Source: a virus (lineage: Duplodnaviria > Caudoviricetes). Taken from it: a stretch of 58,474 nt of DNA. The number at the start of each line of letters is the position of its first letter. The first letter of the stretch is position 1. Positions 55,745 to 58,474 of the stretch are shown here, piece by piece. Below the pieces are notes generated by a model. The model saw nothing but the letters and a program-made list of their open reading frames with translations. It was not told where the DNA came from and searched no databases. The stretch spans positions 1-58,474 of the IMG/VR virus record IMGVR_UViG_3300032083_001532; one strand, given 5' to 3'. The translations under genes were made by a program, and so were the position numbers.

Positions 55745-56035
55745 CTAGCCTACGGCTAGTTCAGCCTGTCGCCGTGAGGCTCTGGCCTTGTTCAGGTTTT
55801 CAGCCGATACGATAGAGTATCGGCGCTGATGCACTTCGCCTTCGGAGCCAAGCACCGGGAACTTGATTGTTCCATTCTTTTCCATCTGGAAAAGAACGCG
55901 CATGGCACCCTTGGTGGTTCGGTATGGCTCATTATCCAAGTGTAACGCCCATTCAAAAGCCTTGGCTTTGCGGTTGTAGCACTTGAACTTGCCGGAGTTC
56001 CAGCCGCCAAATCCATGCTCAACAATGTAGAACAT
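55745..56035 (-). CDS. small early protein
   Basis: GGGAG RBS before ATG 56035. Confidence 0.6.
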   Translation of the reverse strand: MFYIVEHGFGGWNSGKFKCYNRKAKAFEWALHLDNEPYRTTKGAMRVLFQMEKNGTIKFPVLGSEGEVHQRRYSIVSAENLNKARASRRQAELAVG

Positions 56036-56045
56036 TGTGTTCTCC

Positions 56046-56231
56046 CTATCTGTTGATAAAGTCGTTGATTGAGGCACCTTCTTCGGAGAAGAAGCCTACG
56101 TTCATCACGTCAACACCGCCAAGCCAAGCCCCAAACAATGAGGCGGTCAGGCCCAAGAGGATAAACAAGTTTATCCCGCATAGGACCGCAAGCGTTGTTG
56201 CCAGTGGTGTGACATATTTAATGTTTTTCAC
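56046..56231 (-). CDS. small membrane protein
   Basis: GTG start after repeat-element RBS; long hydrophobic stretch. Confidence 0.6.
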   Translation of the reverse strand: MKNIKYVTPLATTLAVLCGINLFILLGLTASLFGAWLGGVDVMNVGFFSEEGASINDFINR

Positions 56232-56298
56232 GGTTTGTTCCTTCCAGTTGGTAATAACCTAACCGGAACAAGGCGTTAGCCTTGTCCCGAATGCAGTA

Positions 56299-56550
56299 TT
56301 AGTGGGCTGGCAGCACTTCGGCTACCACATCGACCACTTCGGCACCCTTATAGGGTGAGCCGTAGAGGTCGGCACAGCCGCTAAAGCGGCCTTCAAAATC
56401 ACCGTCTTCGTCACGGACAACATCAATTACCCGCAGGCCAGCAAGATAGACTTCTATCTTGCTAATCTCATTAACGGTTAAGCCTTCGGCGTCACCGTTA
56501 ATCAGGTAGCAGATTGTTGCCATAGGTACTGTCACTTCAGTGGTGTTCAT
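56299..56550 (-). CDS. small early protein
   Basis: repeat-element RBS; P...CYLINGD..GL...E pattern. Confidence 0.7.
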   Translation of the reverse strand: MNTTEVTVPMATICYLINGDAEGLTVNEISKIEVYLAGLRVIDVVRDEDGDFEGRFSGCADLYGSPYKGAEVVDVVAEVLPAH

Positions 56551-56617
56551 GGTGTTTTCCTTCCAGTTGGTAATAACCTAACCGGAACAACACGTTAGTG
56601 TTGTCCCGAATGCAGTA

Positions 56618-56827
56618 TTAGTCTATCCAAGGGGTGAACTCTCGTTCACCAGCAAAGATCAGCAGGTACTGTTCCCTGTAAGGGGACAGATTGAGCAGGG
56701 CACCAAATTCAAATCCAAGGATGTTGAATTTGAGTGTGCGAGTGGTCTCATAGACCAGTTCCTTAGTGTTGTTTCCCTGTTCGTCAGTATCCTTACGGAT
56801 AAAGTGTTGAGTATGTTTGTTGTACAT
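56618..56827 (-). CDS. small early protein
   Basis: AAGGGAG RBS before ATG 56827; flanked by repeat elements. Confidence 0.6.
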   Translation of the reverse strand: MYNKHTQHFIRKDTDEQGNNTKELVYETTRTLKFNILGFEFGALLNLSPYREQYLLIFAGEREFTPWID

Positions 56828-56884
56828 TCTATGTACTCCCTTTTGTTTGAAATAACTAAACCGGAACAAGGGGTTACAAGTAAC

Positions 56885-57315
56885 CCCCTGTTCCGAATAA
56901 ACAGCGTTTAACAGCCTGAAAAATAGGCTACGCTGTCCTTTTCTGGAAAAGGAAAGGATTGCACTTCCTGCCATGCCTCCGGCATTATTGGGATTGTCTT
57001 TGCTGCGCACAGTCCAGAGGACCATGCGAGGCAAAGCCAGCGCCCACACGGAGCATGTGTCGTCACGCACAGCAGGTTACTCGAACGGGCCGAGGTCCAA
57101 CTTCCGTCCGGCACCCTTTAGGGTAACCGACAGACAAGGCTTCACACGAAGCAGTCAATGTCCCACTTTGGAATGGTCTTTGGCCTCTCTCTCATGTGAA
57201 TACCAGAGGTATCGTGTAAGAGACAAACCGCATCAGCAATCGCCGCGGACCGAAGGTATTTATGCCGTGGCCCCTTCGGAGGGCCGTGGCTCTCGACGTT
57301 GCCGCCGAAAGCCCC
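56885..57315 (-). ncRNA. long structured leader / candidate ncRNA
   Basis: no credible ORF; successive stems with GCAA and cUUCGg tetraloops and G.U pairs on the - strand; begins just after a TTGACA promoter. Confidence 0.55.
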
Positions 57316-57318
57316 ATT

Positions 57319-57347
57319 ACTAAACCAAACGGTAAAGCATTTGTCAA
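57319..57347 (-). promoter_or_regulatory. candidate early promoter
   Basis: TTGACA-17 bp-TTTAGT on - strand; -35 overlapped by inverted repeat CAAGCCC-TTTA-GGGCTTG (57345-57362). Confidence 0.5.
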
Positions 57348-57560
57348 GCCCTTTAGGGCTTGTTTGATTGCCAAGCCTTAAAAATGGCGATTTTTGTGGT
57401 CCTTGCGGGATCATGATGGTTTCCTGCGACAATGCGTGAAAAACCTCTGGTTTTCGCACGTTGTCATGTGAACCGTGGTGCAGGATTGGTGACGGGTCAC
57501 AATTCGTTGCCGTTCTTGGTGGTTGGGGTTGAGGTTTTGGGCCTTTCACACGGGTCTGCC

Positions 57561-57623
57561 TAGGCGTGCACACGTAGGCAGAGGCGTGCAGGCGCGTGAT
57601 GCGTAGGCAGAGGCGTGCACACA
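57561..57623 (+). repeat. short direct repeats upstream of terS
   Basis: CGTAGGCAGAGGCGTGCA at 57573-57590 and 57602-57619; AGGCGTGCA three times (57562, 57582, 57611). Confidence 0.7.
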
Positions 57624-57764
57624 AGGGGGGATTGCAGCGGGAAGAATAGGGGGTTAAGATTGGTGCGCGGTAAGTAAACGCGAAATCTTGTGCGCGGGAT
57701 TGGAACTCGATCATATGTTGCTTCGGTGTCCAGTGTGCCCGCATAACCCCGAAGGGGCGGTTTT

Positions 57765-58358
57765 ATGGATGACATCCAAGACAAAGCATACAGGGCTTTA
57801 GAAGACATAGAGATAGTAAGAGCAGATAGTAATCCACCAGAGGTGGACGCTGAAAAGCTCAATAGTTCCACGGCACTACCCCCGAAGGGGAAGGGTAGAA
57901 AGAGACTAACTAAGCAGATGAACGACTTCGCAGGCAACATCCTTAAAGGGATGAGCCAGAGTGAAGCCTACAAAGCTGCATATAATGCAGAGAACATGAA
58001 GAAAGCTTCGATTGCGACTGAGGCTTGGAAGCTCATGCGACATCCTGAGGTGGCCCAGATCATAGGGGCAGGGATGGAGAAGAAGAGGGAGGTTAATAGC
58101 ATCAGCGGGGATATGATGCGCTCTAAGGTGTTGGAACGCTTATGGTTTGAGGCAACCGAAGCCCGCAATGATGGTGCACGTATCAGAGCACTGGAGCTAC
58201 TAGGTAAGGTGCCAGAAGTCGGACTGTTCACTGCAAGTGAAAAGGAAAAGCCCAACGATATCAAGGCATTGGAGCGCATTGTCGGAGACAAGCTGAAAGC
58301 ATTAGGGCTGGATGCTACTATCGTGGACAGCAATAACCCTTCTAAATCAAAGATTTAG
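57765..58358 (+). CDS. terS: terminase small subunit
   Basis: LT.QM..FA..I..G.SQSEAYK.AY........A.KL...P.V, then VL..L..EA......RIRALELLGK...VGLF. Confidence 0.85.
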   Translation: MDDIQDKAYRALEDIEIVRADSNPPEVDAEKLNSSTALPPKGKGRKRLTKQMNDFAGNILKGMSQSEAYKAAYNAENMKKASIATEAWKLMRHPEVAQIIGAGMEKKREVNSISGDMMRSKVLERLWFEATEARNDGARIRALELLGKVPEVGLFTASEKEKPNDIKALERIVGDKLKALGLDATIVDSNNPSKSKI

Positions 58359-58474
58359 CGAACATATGACTGGTCACCATATATGTAGCGCGGTCCCTAC
58401 GGGACTATGCGCGTTGTGCTGCCCCCACCCCCCCCTGCTGCCAGCGATCACCTGCCCCCTCAACTGAGTTGGAT

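Larger units (their letters stand above)
49504..56900 (-). repeat. dispersed family of ~11 modular intergenic hairpin/RBS elements preceding early genes
   Basis: copies at ~49504-49520, 49591-49645, 50805-50876, 51155-51249, 51829-51907, 53438-53558, 54453-54559, 55583-55660, 56232-56298, 56551-56617, 56828-56900; - strand consensus ATT-[hairpin or C]-GTTAGGTTATT...ACTGGAAGG(G)AAAA..ATG (first copy RBS only, last copy lacks the RBS motif). Confidence 0.9.

Noticed and set aside
49591-56900. Integron attC cassette array (GTTAGGT matches the GTTRRRY core)
   Set aside because: There is no complementary RYYYAAC inverse core at the other end of the hairpins, no L-box pattern and no tyrosine recombinase in the window; only the core heptamer matches.
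49591-56900. CRISPR array
   Set aside because: The repeats are separated by whole genes of variable length, not 30-40 nt spacers. The only Cas-like protein is a solo Cas4-like exonuclease in a recombination module.
56885-57315. Known self-cleaving ribozyme or group I/II intron
   Set aside because: No hammerhead CUGANGA/GAAA core, and no twister, pistol, hatchet or group II domain V consensus recognised; kept as an unknown structured RNA.
56828-57744. ORF-track proteins 57142-57744, 56973-57323 and the 5' extension of 56618-57070
   Set aside because: No RBS or protein-like motif, and they overlap a stem-rich region; the real gene likely starts at ATG 56827.
1-58474. Direct terminal repeats, att sites, integrase or lysogeny module
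   Set aside because: The two window ends share no visible sequence and no integrase or ParA was recognised; the LexA-like protein lacks a peptidase domain.

Overview
The window looks like a complete or near-complete ~58.5 kb genome of a tailed dsDNA phage with podovirus-like organisation. The host is Gram-negative (overlapping i-/o-spanin pair) and probably alphaproteobacterial (inferred from DUF6456/GafA-like and BTLCP genes). The + strand late region (~2.8-42.4 kb) holds lysis genes, terL, portal, a GroES-like co-chaperonin, scaffold, major capsid protein, an M15 endolysin, adaptor, tail and fibre genes, a 2OG-Fe(II) oxygenase and ejection proteins. It ends in a ~3070-aa polyvalent protein with HExxH peptidase, NUDIX, kinase-like, probable R-S-E ADP-ribosyltransferase and LPD38-like domains. 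A recombination/replication module follows (SSB-like, ERF, Cas4-like exonuclease, RusA, an AT-rich ori-like region, T7-type primase-helicase). A - strand early region (49.1-57.3 kb) encodes a MoxR-type AAA ATPase, DUF3150-like, vWA-metallopeptidase and HD hydrolase proteins, and terS lies at the right end. I saw no integrase, DNA polymerase, RNA polymerase, tRNA or CRISPR array. The most striking unexplained structure is non-coding. Most early genes are preceded by a copy of one modular, covarying hairpin element ending in ACUGGAAGG(G)AA-AUG. A separate hairpin-terminator at 43207-43258 displays the exact antisense of that RBS motif in its loop. The early region starts with a ~430-nt structured leader, and a condensed opposite-strand copy of its core sits at the far end of the operon. 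A GTGAC-NN-GTCAC palindrome recurs genome-wide. Together these suggest an RNA-based control (or cassette-shuffling) system that I cannot match to a named family. All family assignments come from recognising motifs by eye, not from database searches.
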